Below, one piece after another: positions 6,760 to 15,466 of a stretch of DNA of 16,277 nucleotides (positions are counted from its first letter, which is position 1; each line of letters opens with the position of its first letter). The position numbers and the translations under genes are program-made. Source of the stretch: an uncultured Eubacteriales bacterium (GTDB lineage: Bacteria; Bacillota; Clostridia; TANB77; RGIG9151); contig CAZVVZ010000015.1 in assembly GCA_964631135.1 (NCBI GenBank), forward strand, positions 1 through 16,277. The letters are read 5' to 3'. The notes beneath the pieces were generated by a model. It had not been told where the DNA came from. It saw only the letters and a list, made by a program, of their open reading frames with translations, and searched no databases.

Positions 6760-7641
6760 TTAATTTTCTCGCTCTTTAATAAAAATAGCCAGTTCCTTTA
6801 AAAATGCAATATTTCTATCGGAAATATCATCTAAAACATTTATTGCTTTATCCGTAAAATTCTCCAGTCTACGGTTTGCTTCGTCTAACCCTAAAACCGT
6901 AACAAACGTCCTCTTACCGCTTTTGCTGTCATGCCCTACAGGCTTGCCTAAAACTTTTTCGTCCCCTGTTTCAGACAAAATATCATCTTTTATTTGAAAA
7001 GTAAGCCCAATTAAATCAGCATATTCCTCTAACACTTTAAGTTCCCTCTCTCCGGCTCCCGCAAGTGTAGCACCTATAAGCAGCGAAGCTTTAATTAAAG
7101 CACCCGTCTTATTATTATGCATATACATAAGCTCCTCCAAAGATATATCTTTCCCCTCTAAGTCCGTATCAACAAACTCGCCTTTTATCATATTAAAAAC
7201 TCCATTTGAAAAAATATCAAATGCTTTTATCTTATTTAACACATTCTCCCCATTTTTCATGTCGTCGGCAATTACCTTATAAGCAAAATCCAAAAGTCCA
7301 TCACCTGCTAAAATGGCTGTGCACTCTCCAAAAACTTTATGGTTTGTTAATTTCCCACGTCTAAAATCATCATTATCAATCGCAGGTAAATCGTCATGTA
7401 TAAGAGAAAAAGTATGTACCATTTCCATAGCACATGCAAAATAAAGAGCTTTTTCATAGTCAGTCTTAAATAATCTGTATCCTTCTAAAATCAAAGCAGG
7501 TCTAAGCCTTTTTCCACCGGCCATCAGGCTATATTTCATAGCCTCAATAAGCCTTTTCTCCAACCCATCTTCAGAATTAACTAATACATCTAAAGTCGTT
7601 TCAACCAGCTTACTGTACTCTTTAAGTCTCTCTTTTAACAT
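6760..7641 (-). CDS. ispA: farnesyl-diphosphate (polyprenyl) synthase
   Basis: First Asp-rich motif LIHDDLPAIDNDDFRRGK and second motif FQIKDDILS. 293 aa. Conserved position after xseB. Confidence 0.92.
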   Translation of the reverse strand: MLKERLKEYSKLVETTLDVLVNSEDGLEKRLIEAMKYSLMAGGKRLRPALILEGYRLFKTDYEKALYFACAMEMVHTFSLIHDDLPAIDNDDFRRGKLTNHKVFGECTAILAGDGLLDFAYKVIADDMKNGENVLNKIKAFDIFSNGVFNMIKGEFVDTDLEGKDISLEELMYMHNNKTGALIKASLLIGATLAGAGERELKVLEEYADLIGLTFQIKDDILSETGDEKVLGKPVGHDSKSGKRTFVTVLGLDEANRRLENFTDKAINVLDDISDRNIAFLKELAIFIKEREN

Positions 7642-7653
7642 ATCCGCTCCCCC

Positions 7654-7869
7654 TTACATATCTTCTTCGACCAATTCTCCATTTTTTTCTAAAATTATAG
7701 TTATTTTCTTCTCTGCATTATCTAAAATTTCACTGCAATGTTTAGACAGTTTCATTCCATCTTCAAATCTCTTCATACTTTCCTCTAAAGTCATGTCTCC
7801 ATTTTCCAACTCATTAACAACTTTCTCCAGCTCAGCAATGCTGTCTTCAAACGTCTTATCCATAATCAT
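7654..7869 (-). CDS. xseB: exodeoxyribonuclease VII small subunit
   Basis: About 70 aa coiled-coil protein (FEDSIAELEKVVNELENGDMTLEESMKRFEDGMKL), overlapping the xseA stop (ATGA). The second ATG at 7863 (7 nt from GGAGG) is an alternative start. Confidence 0.9.
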   Translation of the reverse strand: MIMDKTFEDSIAELEKVVNELENGDMTLEESMKRFEDGMKLSKHCSEILDNAEKKITIILEKNGELVEEDM

Positions 7870-9059
7870 TCCTCCCTAATCGCTTTAATTTCGCCGTCAT
7901 TTAGCCTTAATAAAAATGACTCATTTATGTCAATATCTTCTTTTCTTTTTATAACTTTTCCGTCTTTTAATGCAACTGCATATCCACGAGCTAAAGTCTT
8001 TAACGGGCTTAAAGTGTCTAATCTGCTTGTGATTTTAGCAAAATCATTTTTTTTGCTTGTAATAAGCTTCTCCTGACCATATATAAGCTGCTTTTCCGCA
8101 GTATCTAGTCGAATCTTAAGTTTATTTATAAGCTCCATAGGCTTCTTAAAATAATATGATTCACTAAGTAATCTTAACTGCTTTTTCTTATTTTCCAAAT
8201 TTCCGACTAAAGCAAGCTTCAACCTCTTCTGGAAATTGATCAGCTTATCCTCTAAATCATCTAGCTGTGGAAAAACGACCTCTGCCGCGGCAGACGGTGT
8301 AGGCGCTCTTAAATCAGAAACAAAATCACAAATAGTAAAATCTGTTTCATGCCCAACAGCGGAAACAACCGGTATCTCGGATTCGGCTATTGCATAAGCA
8401 AGCTCTTCACTATTAAAATTCCATAAATCTTCAATACTTCCTCCGCCCCTACCAATTATAATAACATCCGCAGCATTTTTTTCGTTTATTACTCTAATCT
8501 GATGTGCCAGTTCGCGGTATGCTCCTTCGCCTTGAACTGAAGCCGGAAATAATTTAATATTAGCTTTGGGAAAACGTCTTAGTGAAACATTGATAATATC
8601 TCTAATTACAGCTCCGGTAGGTGAAGTAACTACCGCAACACAAGCTGGCAAAACAGGTAATTTCTTTTTTCTTGCCTTATCAAAAAGCCCCTCTTTTTCA
8701 AGCTTTTCTTTAAGTTTTTCGTATTGGACATATAAATCGCCTACACCGTCTACCTGCATAAAATCACAATATAGCTGATACTGGCCATCTCTTTCATATG
8801 AAGAAATATACCCGGATATAACAACTTTCATTCCATCTTCCGGCCTAAATTTTAGCCCTAAAGTCTGTCCTTTAAACATCACACATCTTATCGTTGCTCC
8901 TTCATCTTTTAATGAAAAATATAAGTGCCCGGAAGAATGATTTTTAAAATTAGAAATTTCACCCTTAACCATTATATTAGAAAGGATGAAATCGTTATCC
9001 AAAATTTTCTTTATATACTTATTCACCTGTGTAACCGTATATGTATTTATATTGCTCAC
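7866..9059 (-). CDS. xseA: exodeoxyribonuclease VII large subunit
   Basis: 397 aa with an N-terminal OB fold (VKGEISNFKNHSSGHLYFSLKD) and a catalytic core (IIIGRGGGSIEDLWNFN). GTG start 5 nt after the nusB stop. Confidence 0.93.
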   Translation of the reverse strand: MSNINTYTVTQVNKYIKKILDNDFILSNIMVKGEISNFKNHSSGHLYFSLKDEGATIRCVMFKGQTLGLKFRPEDGMKVVISGYISSYERDGQYQLYCDFMQVDGVGDLYVQYEKLKEKLEKEGLFDKARKKKLPVLPACVAVVTSPTGAVIRDIINVSLRRFPKANIKLFPASVQGEGAYRELAHQIRVINEKNAADVIIIGRGGGSIEDLWNFNSEELAYAIAESEIPVVSAVGHETDFTICDFVSDLRAPTPSAAAEVVFPQLDDLEDKLINFQKRLKLALVGNLENKKKQLRLLSESYYFKKPMELINKLKIRLDTAEKQLIYGQEKLITSKKNDFAKITSRLDTLSPLKTLARGYAVALKDGKVIKRKEDIDINESFLLRLNDGEIKAIREE

Positions 9060-9064
9060 CCACT

Positions 9065-9454
9065 TTACTCAATCTGCCCAAGTAAACCATTGATAAATCT
9101 TGAAGAATCATCACTGCCATACTTCTTAGCAAGTTCAACAGCTTCATTTATACTAACCCCTACAGGAATATCCTCTCTATGCTTAATTTCATAAATGGCA
9201 ACCCTTAAAATAGGCAAATCCATCTTTGCGATTCTGTCTATAGTCCAGCCTTTAGCTTTGCTTTCTATTATTTCATCAATCTCTTTTAATGAATTTAGTA
9301 CTCCATTTATTATTTCAAGGAAATAATCTTTATCATAATTAGACTCACCATATGAAACTATAAAATTCTCAACCTGCTCTTTAACGTTTTCCTTTTGAAA
9401 CTCAACCTGAAACAAAAAGCAAACTGCCATCTCTCTTGCTAATTTTCTACTCAC
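9065..9454 (-). CDS. nusB: transcription antitermination factor NusB
   Basis: SRKLAREMAVCFLFQ is the canonical NusB N-terminus. Start re-placed at GTG 9454 (GTGGGGG SD 8 nt upstream). The track ATG 9478 has no SD and overlaps asp23. Confidence 0.88.
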   Translation of the reverse strand: MSRKLAREMAVCFLFQVEFQKENVKEQVENFIVSYGESNYDKDYFLEIINGVLNSLKEIDEIIESKAKGWTIDRIAKMDLPILRVAIYEIKHREDIPVGVSINEAVELAKKYGSDDSSRFINGLLGQIE

Positions 9455-9470
9455 TTTACTAACCCCCACT

Positions 9471-9815
9471 TTAAGCATTTTTCTTTTTAAAATTTATACC
9501 CTGAATATGAATATTAACTGCCGTAACAGTCATTCCAACCATTTCTTCAACAGTCTTTTTAACCTTGTCCTGAACATCCCATGCAATATCCGGAATTTTA
9601 ACACCATACTCGACAATTAAATATATATCAATAGAAATAGACTTATCCCCCATGTCTACTTTTATACCTTTAACCCTTTTCGTACCAAGCATATTAGTAA
9701 TTCCATCAATAATTCCACCATTGATATCGTATATTCCCGGAATAGACATAACAGTCTTTTCAACTATCGTAGAAACAACTTCCTCAGAAACAGTCAAATT
9801 TATATTATTTTCCAT
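9471..9815 (-). CDS. Asp23/Gls24 family envelope stress protein (DUF322)
   Basis: 114 aa. The VVSTIVEKTVMSIPGI...V.V.I..G..I.DIA..VQ..V pattern is typical of the alkaline shock protein 23 family. AAAGGAGG SD. Conserved position upstream of nusB. Confidence 0.88.
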   Translation of the reverse strand: MENNINLTVSEEVVSTIVEKTVMSIPGIYDINGGIIDGITNMLGTKRVKGIKVDMGDKSISIDIYLIVEYGVKIPDIAWDVQDKVKKTVEEMVGMTVTAVNIHIQGINFKKKNA

Positions 9816-9842
9816 ACCTGCCTCCTTTATAAAACATAATGT

Positions 9843-9871
9843 ATTTTACCATGTTTTTACTCATATTTCAA
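9843..9871 (-). promoter_or_regulatory. sigma-A promoter of the asp23-nusB-xseAB-ispA operon (TTGAAA-N17-TGgTAAAAT)
   Basis: The minus strand reads TTGAAAtatgagtaaaaacaTGgTAAAAT, with a 17-nt spacer and extended -10, about 28 nt upstream of the asp23 ATG. Confidence 0.65.
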
Positions 9872-9897
9872 TATCGGATTTTAGTAATGGAAAATGC

Positions 9898-10059
9898 AAT
9901 GAAACTGCCCGGATTACTATATAAAATAATATATATGTTTTATCGGAACTCAGGATTTGCGACGAAAGACTTTAAAAAATACGGGAAGTCTTTCTGCAAA
10001 TATTCGTTCCTTTTAAAACATATATATTATTTTTATATAGTAGCCCGGGCAGTTTCATT
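9898..10059 (+). repeat. foldback repeat element, copy 2, nested in a GC-rich terminator-like palindrome downstream of sigE
   Basis: 162-nt hairpin. The outer 15-bp stem AATGAAACTGCCCGG/CCGGGCAGTTTCATT encloses an element homologous to copy 1 (ATTACTA...TAGTAGC). The core 9931-10025 is 93/95 identical to 2795-2889. Confidence 0.85.
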
Positions 10060-10083
10060 ATAGGGACACTAATCAAACATAAG

Positions 10084-10791
10084 TTACATCATCTTTGAAA
10101 TTTCCTTTCTTAATCTTTTTATAATCTTTTTCTCTAACCTAGAAATATATGACTGGGAAATACCCAGCATATCTGCAACCTCTTTTTGTGTCTTTTCCTT
10201 ACCGCTCTTTAGTCCAAACCTAAGCTCCATAATATTACGTTCCCTTCCGGTAAGTTTATCAATAGCATTATTAAGAAGTTTCATATCCACTTCATTTTCA
10301 ATATCTTTATTAACTGATTCAGGATCACCGCCCAAAATATCTGATAATAGCAGTTCATTTCCGTCCCAGTCAACATTTAACGGCTCATCGATAGAAACTT
10401 CGTTTCTTATTTTAGTCATCTTTCTAAGATGCATTAAAATTTCATTTTCAATGCACCTTGATGAATATGTCGCAAGTTTAATATTCTTATTGGCATCAAA
10501 AGTGTTTATAGCTTTAATAAGCCCAATAGTACCGATAGAAATCAAATCTTCAATACCCACACCGGTATTTTCAAATTTTTTTGCAATATATACAACCAAA
10601 CGTAGATTATGCTCAATTAAAACCGGTCTTACTTCCTCGCCACATCTTAATAACCTTAAATAATGTTCTTCTTCACTCGGCTCAAGAGGTGGCGGTAATG
10701 TGTCACTTCCACCTATATAATAAACCGAATTGTCCTGATCATTTCTAAATATAGGCTCCAAGAATTTCATAAAAAATTTTTTAATGTCCAT
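10084..10791 (-). CDS. sigE: sporulation sigma factor, pro-sigma-E
   Basis: [13 protein letters not shown] follows a pro-sequence of about 23 aa. [41 protein letters not shown] and the region 4 [18 protein letters not shown] match SigE rather than SigK or SigG. Start moved to ATG 10791 (GGAGG SD 5 nt upstream). The 21 extra codons in the track lack an SD. Confidence 0.88.
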   Translation of the reverse strand: MDIKKFFMKFLEPIFRNDQDNSVYYIGGSDTLPPPLEPSEEEHYLRLLRCGEEVRPVLIEHNLRLVVYIAKKFENTGVGIEDLISIGTIGLIKAINTFDANKNIKLATYSSRCIENEILMHLRKMTKIRNEVSIDEPLNVDWDGNELLLSDILGGDPESVNKDIENEVDMKLLNNAIDKLTGRERNIMELRFGLKSGKEKTQKEVADMLGISQSYISRLEKKIIKRLRKEISKMM

Positions 10792-10825
10792 ATACTCCTC
10801 CATCCCGCATGCCTTTGCGTAACTT

Positions 10826-10871
10826 AATTTATATCTAGAGTATATAAGCATCAAAACGTAAAAATTGTCAC
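10826..10871 (-). promoter_or_regulatory. candidate sigE promoter region (two alternative -35/-10 readings)
   Basis: On the minus strand either TTGATG-N17-TAAATT (10849-10854 and 10826-10831) or GTGACA-N21-TATACT (10866-10871 and 10839-10844). Neither reading is strong. Confidence 0.3.
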
Positions 10872-10881
10872 TTAGTGCATC

Positions 10882-10918
10882 AAAAAAGGCGAAAAATTTT
10901 TCATTTTTCGCCTTTTTT
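10882..10918 (-). terminator. intrinsic terminator of typA (bidirectional architecture)
   Basis: Stem GGCGAAAAA/TTTTTCGCC (10888-10896 with 10904-10912) and a 7-nt loop, flanked by A6 and T6 runs. It begins right after the typA TAG stop. Confidence 0.85.
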
Positions 10919-10919
10919 C

Positions 10920-12743
10920 CTACTTCATTTTGCTTTCAAACTTAGCTCTTTGTTCTTTATTTAATATTCTCTTTCTAAGCCTTATATTTAAAGGTGTAAC
11001 TTCAACCAGCTCATCATCTGCAATAAATTCTAAAGCCTGCTCTAAAGATAACTGTCTCGGAGGGGAAAGCCTTAATGCCTCATCAGAACCGGAAGCACGC
11101 ATGTTGGTAACATGCTTTTTCTTGCATACATTAACAACAACGTCCTCATTTTTAGCATTAACACCAACAATCATGCCCTCATAAACCTGAGTACCCGGAG
11201 TAATAAATAATTCTCCTCTCTCTTCAGCATTATACAGTCCGTAAGTAACAGCTTCACCTGTTTCAAAAGCAACCAGAACACCTCTTAATCTTGAATGAAT
11301 CTCACCTTTAGATGGTTGGTACCCATCAAACAAATGATTCATTATTCCCGTTCCCTTTGTATCCGTTAAGAACTCTGAACGATATCCGATAAGTCCACGA
11401 GAAGGTATTTTAAATTCCAATCTTGTGTAACCTTGAGTACCCGGAGCCATATTGATCATTTCAGCTTTTCTGAGGCCTAATTTTTCTAAAACACACCCCA
11501 TATATTCTTCAGGAACATCTATAACTAAATGTTCAACCGGTTCGCACATAACACCGTCAATCTCTTTATAAATAACATTCGGACGAGATACCAATAGCTC
11601 AAATCCCTGTCTTCTCATATTTTCAATCAAAACAGAAAGATGCAACTCGCCACGGCCTGAAACCTTGAAAGTATCTGCTGAATCAGTTTCTTCAACTCTT
11701 AAGCTTAAATTGGTCTGTACTTCTTTAAATAGTCTGTCTCTAATATGTCTTGATGTAACAAACTCGCCTTCTCGCCCCGCAAAAGGTCCATTATTAACCC
11801 CAATCGTCATTGTCAAAGTCGGTTCATCAATATTAACAAACGGCAATGGCTCAATACAGTCAGGAGAGCATACAGTATCTCCGATATTAACATCAGCAAT
11901 ACCGGAAAATGCAACAATATCGCCCATTCCGGCTTCATCAATTTCTACTCTCTTAAGTCCTGAATATGTAAATAATTTACCGATTTTAGCAGATTTATTA
12001 GTATTATTATGTCCACCACATAGGACAATATTTTGACCATTCTTAATAGTACCACGTTCAATCCTTCCAACTGCAATCCTTCCGATATAATCGTCATAAT
12101 CAACATTAGAAACCAATACCTGCAAAGGCTCGTCCATTTCTCCCACAGGGCACGGAACTTTATCTAAAATAATATCAAATAGAGGCTTCAAATCTGTAGC
12201 TTCCCCATCAATTTCAGTCTTAGCGACACCTGTTTTTCCTGAAACATAAATAATAGGAAAATCCAACTGGTCATCATTTGCCTCAAGCTCAATAAATAAA
12301 TCCAATACCTTATCAACAACCTCAAGAGGTCTGGCATTTGGCTTATCGATTTTATTTATAACAACAATAGGCTTTAAATTAAGCTTTAATGCTTTACTTA
12401 AAACAAACTTAGTCTGTGGCATAGGCCCTTCAAATGCATCAACCAGTAATAAAACTCCGTCAACCATTTTAAGAACACGTTCAACTTCACCGCCGAAGTC
12501 AGCATGTCCCGGAGTATCTACAATATTTATCTTCGTATCCTTATAATGAATAGAAGTATTCTTAGAAAGAATAGTAATACCTCTTTCCCTCTCCAAATCA
12601 TTAGAATCCATCATTCTCTCTGATGTTTGCTCATTATCACGAAAAGTTCCACTCTGCTTTAGCATAACGTCTACCAACGTAGTCTTACCATGGTCGACGT
12701 GGGCAATAATCGCAATATTTCTAATATCTTTTCTCTCTCCCAT
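10920..12743 (-). CDS. typA: translational GTPase TypA/BipA
   Basis: [14 protein letters not shown] (G1), DTPGHADF (G3) and NKID (G4), with EF-G-like domains and a BipA-specific C-terminus. Start moved to ATG 12743 (AGAGGTG SD 6 nt upstream); the track start is GTG 12752. Confidence 0.95.
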   Translation of the reverse strand: MGERKDIRNIAIIAHVDHGKTTLVDVMLKQSGTFRDNEQTSERMMDSNDLERERGITILSKNTSIHYKDTKINIVDTPGHADFGGEVERVLKMVDGVLLLVDAFEGPMPQTKFVLSKALKLNLKPIVVINKIDKPNARPLEVVDKVLDLFIELEANDDQLDFPIIYVSGKTGVAKTEIDGEATDLKPLFDIILDKVPCPVGEMDEPLQVLVSNVDYDDYIGRIAVGRIERGTIKNGQNIVLCGGHNNTNKSAKIGKLFTYSGLKRVEIDEAGMGDIVAFSGIADVNIGDTVCSPDCIEPLPFVNIDEPTLTMTIGVNNGPFAGREGEFVTSRHIRDRLFKEVQTNLSLRVEETDSADTFKVSGRGELHLSVLIENMRRQGFELLVSRPNVIYKEIDGVMCEPVEHLVIDVPEEYMGCVLEKLGLRKAEMINMAPGTQGYTRLEFKIPSRGLIGYRSEFLTDTKGTGIMNHLFDGYQPSKGEIHSRLRGVLVAFETGEAVTYGLYNAEERGELFITPGTQVYEGMIVGVNAKNEDVVVNVCKKKHVTNMRASGSDEALRLSPPRQLSLEQALEFIADDELVEVTPLNIRLRKRILNKEQRAKFESKMK

Positions 12744-12775
12744 TTTTAACACCTCTAAAAAATATATTCATTCAC

Positions 12776-12818
12776 AAAAAATGTAGGAATAAGTACCTCT
12801 TTATTCCTACATCTTTTT
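12776..12818 (-). terminator. intrinsic terminator after rpsA
   Basis: Perfect 12-bp stem ATGTAGGAATAA/TTATTCCTACAT (12781-12792 with 12801-12812) and an 8-nt loop. The minus strand has TTTTT after the stem (A-run 12776-12780). Confidence 0.8.
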
Positions 12819-12851
12819 GCAATTATTCATAGAACAAGAACTACCACTAAA

Positions 12852-14000
12852 TTATTCTTCAGTAACTTCCTCTTTAACAGGCTCAGCTACTGTTTCCTTA
12901 GCTTCAGAATTTTCTTCCTTAACCTCCAAATCAATAGTAGGTTCTTCTAATTCTTTCATGCTAAGCTCAATTTTCTTTTTCTCTAAATCAATCTCCATAA
13001 TTTTAGCATTAACATATTGGCCTACCTTTAATACTTCAGCAGGAGCACCAATTCTCTTATGAGAAATTTGAGAAATATGAATTAACCCTTCTAATCCAAT
13101 TTCAATCTGTGCAAAAGCTCCAAACGGAACAAGTCTTTCAATCTTAACCTCAACGGTATCACCAACATGATATTTTTCTTCAACCTTATTCCAAGGATTA
13201 TCTTCGGCTCTTCTATATCCTAAAGAAATCTTTTTCTTCTCAGGATCAACAGATAACACATAAACATTAACTACCTGTCCAACAGACAAAACCTCACTAG
13301 GAGATTTAATTCTTCCCCAAGATAATTCAGAAATATGAACAAGTCCGTCAACTCCGCCTAAGTCAATAAAAGCTCCAAACTTTTCAATCTGCTTAACTGT
13401 GCCTTTAAGCTCAGCTCCTTCAGTAATATGACTCCATGCTTCAGCTTCTCTCTGTTCTTTAGCTTCTTTAGCAATTACTCTCTCGGAAGCAACAACTTTT
13501 CTTCTTTCCTTATTAGCCTCTAAAAATCTAACAGTAACATTTCTTCCAACATAATCCTCTAGTCTGGCATCTCTTTCAGCAAGCTGAGAAGCAGGGATAA
13601 ATACCTGAATGCCATTTTTATTTGCAAGTAAGCCTGCTCCGACTTCACGAATAACCTTTACGTTAACAGGTTTCTTACTTTCAACCCAACTATCTATTTC
13701 ATCCCACATTTTCATTCCTTCAACTTTACGTCTGGATAAAAGGACTGTTCCATCCATATCATTTACTCTAACAACATATGCTTCCATTTCCTGACCAACT
13801 TTTAGTTCTTTTTCAGGATTACTATCAGCTTCGTCTGAATATTCGGAATACGGCATAATACCATCATACTTTAATCCTAAATCTATAATAATATTGCCAT
13901 TAGCAACATTTGCGACTACTCCTTTTGTAATACTTCCTGAATGAATCTCTTTCAAAGATTCTTCCAACATTTTTTCAAAATCCATTACTTCATTACCCAC
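12852..14000 (-). CDS. rpsA: 30S ribosomal protein S1 homologue (four S1 domains, YpfD-type)
   Basis: 382 aa with four S1 repeats (G..V.G.V..v...G.fv.l..g..Gl.h.Sel) and an acidic C-terminal tail. The track start is GTG 14000; ATG 13985 is an alternative and SD evidence is ambiguous. Confidence 0.9.
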   Translation of the reverse strand: MGNEVMDFEKMLEESLKEIHSGSITKGVVANVANGNIIIDLGLKYDGIMPYSEYSDEADSNPEKELKVGQEMEAYVVRVNDMDGTVLLSRRKVEGMKMWDEIDSWVESKKPVNVKVIREVGAGLLANKNGIQVFIPASQLAERDARLEDYVGRNVTVRFLEANKERRKVVASERVIAKEAKEQREAEAWSHITEGAELKGTVKQIEKFGAFIDLGGVDGLVHISELSWGRIKSPSEVLSVGQVVNVYVLSVDPEKKKISLGYRRAEDNPWNKVEEKYHVGDTVEVKIERLVPFGAFAQIEIGLEGLIHISQISHKRIGAPAEVLKVGQYVNAKIMEIDLEKKKIELSMKELEEPTIDLEVKEENSEAKETVAEPVKEEVTEE

Positions 14001-14015
14001 GTCTTATCCATCCCT

Positions 14016-14849
14016 TCATAGTTCTTTTTGCTTCAAATTCTCGACAACCTGGTCAATAAGGCATTGAGGCGTGGAAGCCCCAGCCATAACAACTATTTTA
14101 CACGATTGTTCCAAAAAATTCAAGTCTAATTCATCAATATTTTCAATAAATTTCGAATTGCACATATTTTTAGCAATATCATACAATCTATTAGAATTAG
14201 CACTGGCTTTATCGCCAATAACTATAACATAATCGGCATCTGCCGCCAATATCTTTAACTCTTTTTGGCGATGTTCCGTTGCTCGACAAATCGTATCAAA
14301 AATAATGCAATTCTTCGCAGCAGCCCTTATTTTATCTACAATAGTTTTATTAAGTTCAACATTCATAGTAGTCTGAGAAACGACACAAACATTTTCTAAA
14401 TTACATTTTTCTACGTCCATAGCACTATTTATAACTTTAAAATTGCCGTCAGTCCATCCTGAAATCCCAATGACCTCAGGATGAGCCTCATCCCCAATTA
14501 TTATAATATAATAGCCATCTTTAGAATATTTGTGTACTATATCATGAATATTTTTAACATTCGGACAAGTTGTATCAACAATATTCAAATTCTTTTTTCG
14601 GCATTCTTCAAACTCTTTGGCAGTAATACCGTGAGCTCTGATAATAACATTACTGTTATCCGGGACATCTTCAACCTTGTCCACAAATATTAAGCCTTTT
14701 TTTCTAAGGCCATCGTTAACAAACTTATTATGGACTATACTCCCAACACTATACACCGAGCTTTTCCCTTCTAAAGCCTTTTCAGTAAGGTCAACGGCAC
14801 GTTTTACCCCAAAGCAGAAACCAGCAGTTTTCGCAACAACTACCTCCAA
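14016..14849 (-). CDS. ispH: 4-hydroxy-3-methylbut-2-enyl diphosphate reductase
   Basis: AKTAGFCFGVKRAV N-terminus, conserved Cys ligands (CFGV, TTCPNV, DTICRAT) and HPE motif. Start re-placed at TTG 14849 (AAGGGGTGA SD 5 nt upstream), which gives the family-typical N-terminus. The track GTG 14858 overlaps the plsC stop. Confidence 0.9.
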   Translation of the reverse strand: MEVVVAKTAGFCFGVKRAVDLTEKALEGKSSVYSVGSIVHNKFVNDGLRKKGLIFVDKVEDVPDNSNVIIRAHGITAKEFEECRKKNLNIVDTTCPNVKNIHDIVHKYSKDGYYIIIIGDEAHPEVIGISGWTDGNFKVINSAMDVEKCNLENVCVVSQTTMNVELNKTIVDKIRAAAKNCIIFDTICRATEHRQKELKILAADADYVIVIGDKASANSNRLYDIAKNMCNSKFIENIDELDLNFLEQSCKIVVMAGASTPQCLIDQVVENLKQKEL

Positions 14850-14854
14850 AAATA

Positions 14855-15454
14855 TCACCCCTTAACAGAATCAATAGCCTTCTGAACTGCTATTTCAAGC
14901 TGATTCGTTAACTCATGTAAATCATCTTTTTTTAACGTTTTACCATAATACTCATTAAAATATATAGGCTCTCCATAAACGATATGCACCTTTGATCTAA
15001 ACTTATAATTATCCTCTGCCACAACTCCAACAGGCACAACAGGAACCTTAGCCTCATAAGCAACCATCGTAGCACCGGGTTTAAATCTCAACTTTTCGCT
15101 CTGCTTATTCCTTGTCCCCTCAGGAAATATACAAATTGCATTCCCATTTTCGACAAGCTGTACAGCTTTCTTTATCGCCATAAAATCCTTCTTCCCTCTA
15201 GCGATAGGGAATACTTTTAATATTCTTAACAATCCGCCTATGAGCTTATTCTTAAACATCTCTTCTTTCGCCATCATATACATAACTCTCTTGGTCTTAG
15301 CCGGAATAATAATCGTTTCCCAAGCAGATATATGATTTGGAGTAACTACGCATCCACCTTTTAACCTTTCAAACCTTTCGCAATTAACAACATCTATCTT
15401 AAAATACACACTTAAAAATATCCTAGCTAAAAATGCACACACTTTTCTAAACAT
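14855..15454 (-). CDS. plsC: 1-acyl-sn-glycerol-3-phosphate acyltransferase
   Basis: LPLAT motifs PNHISAWE (NHx4[D/E]) and FPEGTR, 199 aa. ATG with AGGGGA SD. Confidence 0.85.
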   Translation of the reverse strand: MFRKVCAFLARIFLSVYFKIDVVNCERFERLKGGCVVTPNHISAWETIIIPAKTKRVMYMMAKEEMFKNKLIGGLLRILKVFPIARGKKDFMAIKKAVQLVENGNAICIFPEGTRNKQSEKLRFKPGATMVAYEAKVPVVPVGVVAEDNYKFRSKVHIVYGEPIYFNEYYGKTLKKDDLHELTNQLEIAVQKAIDSVKG

Positions 15455-15466
15455 TATACATATCCC

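Noticed and set aside
9872-9878. TATCGGA just left of copy 2, and TATCGG at about 5176, match the start of the element core (TTTTATCGGAAC). They might be additional fragments.
   Set aside because: These are only 6-7-nt matches with no extension on either side, which is expected by chance in 16 kb of AT-rich DNA.
10019-10036. The AT palindrome CATATATATTATTTTTAT in copy 2 contains ATATATATTAT, the same 11-mer as the centre of the B. subtilis dif site as I remember it. This hints at a Xer recombination site.
   Set aside because: It is low-complexity AT sequence and part of the hairpin stem. The flanking XerC/XerD-arm-like sequences are not evident. Copy 1 differs at this position by a compensated substitution, which is not expected for a recombinase core site.
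2749-10059. Whether the repeated hairpins could be CRISPR repeats or a retron msr/msd.
   Set aside because: The copies are kilobases apart with genes in between, so there is no regular repeat-spacer array. No cas genes or reverse transcriptase are in the window. Copy 1 has flanking direct repeats typical of transposition.
9839-10063. A 74-aa plus-strand ORF spans foldback copy 2 and shares the peptide FATKDFK with the minus-strand ORF 16089-16277. This could be taken for a small conserved protein.
   Set aside because: The shared peptide is just the translation of the repeated DNA core (TTTGCGACGAAAGACTTTAAA). Both ORFs run through palindromic noncoding DNA. One overlaps the asp23 promoter and the other overlaps cmk out of frame. 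Neither has an SD.
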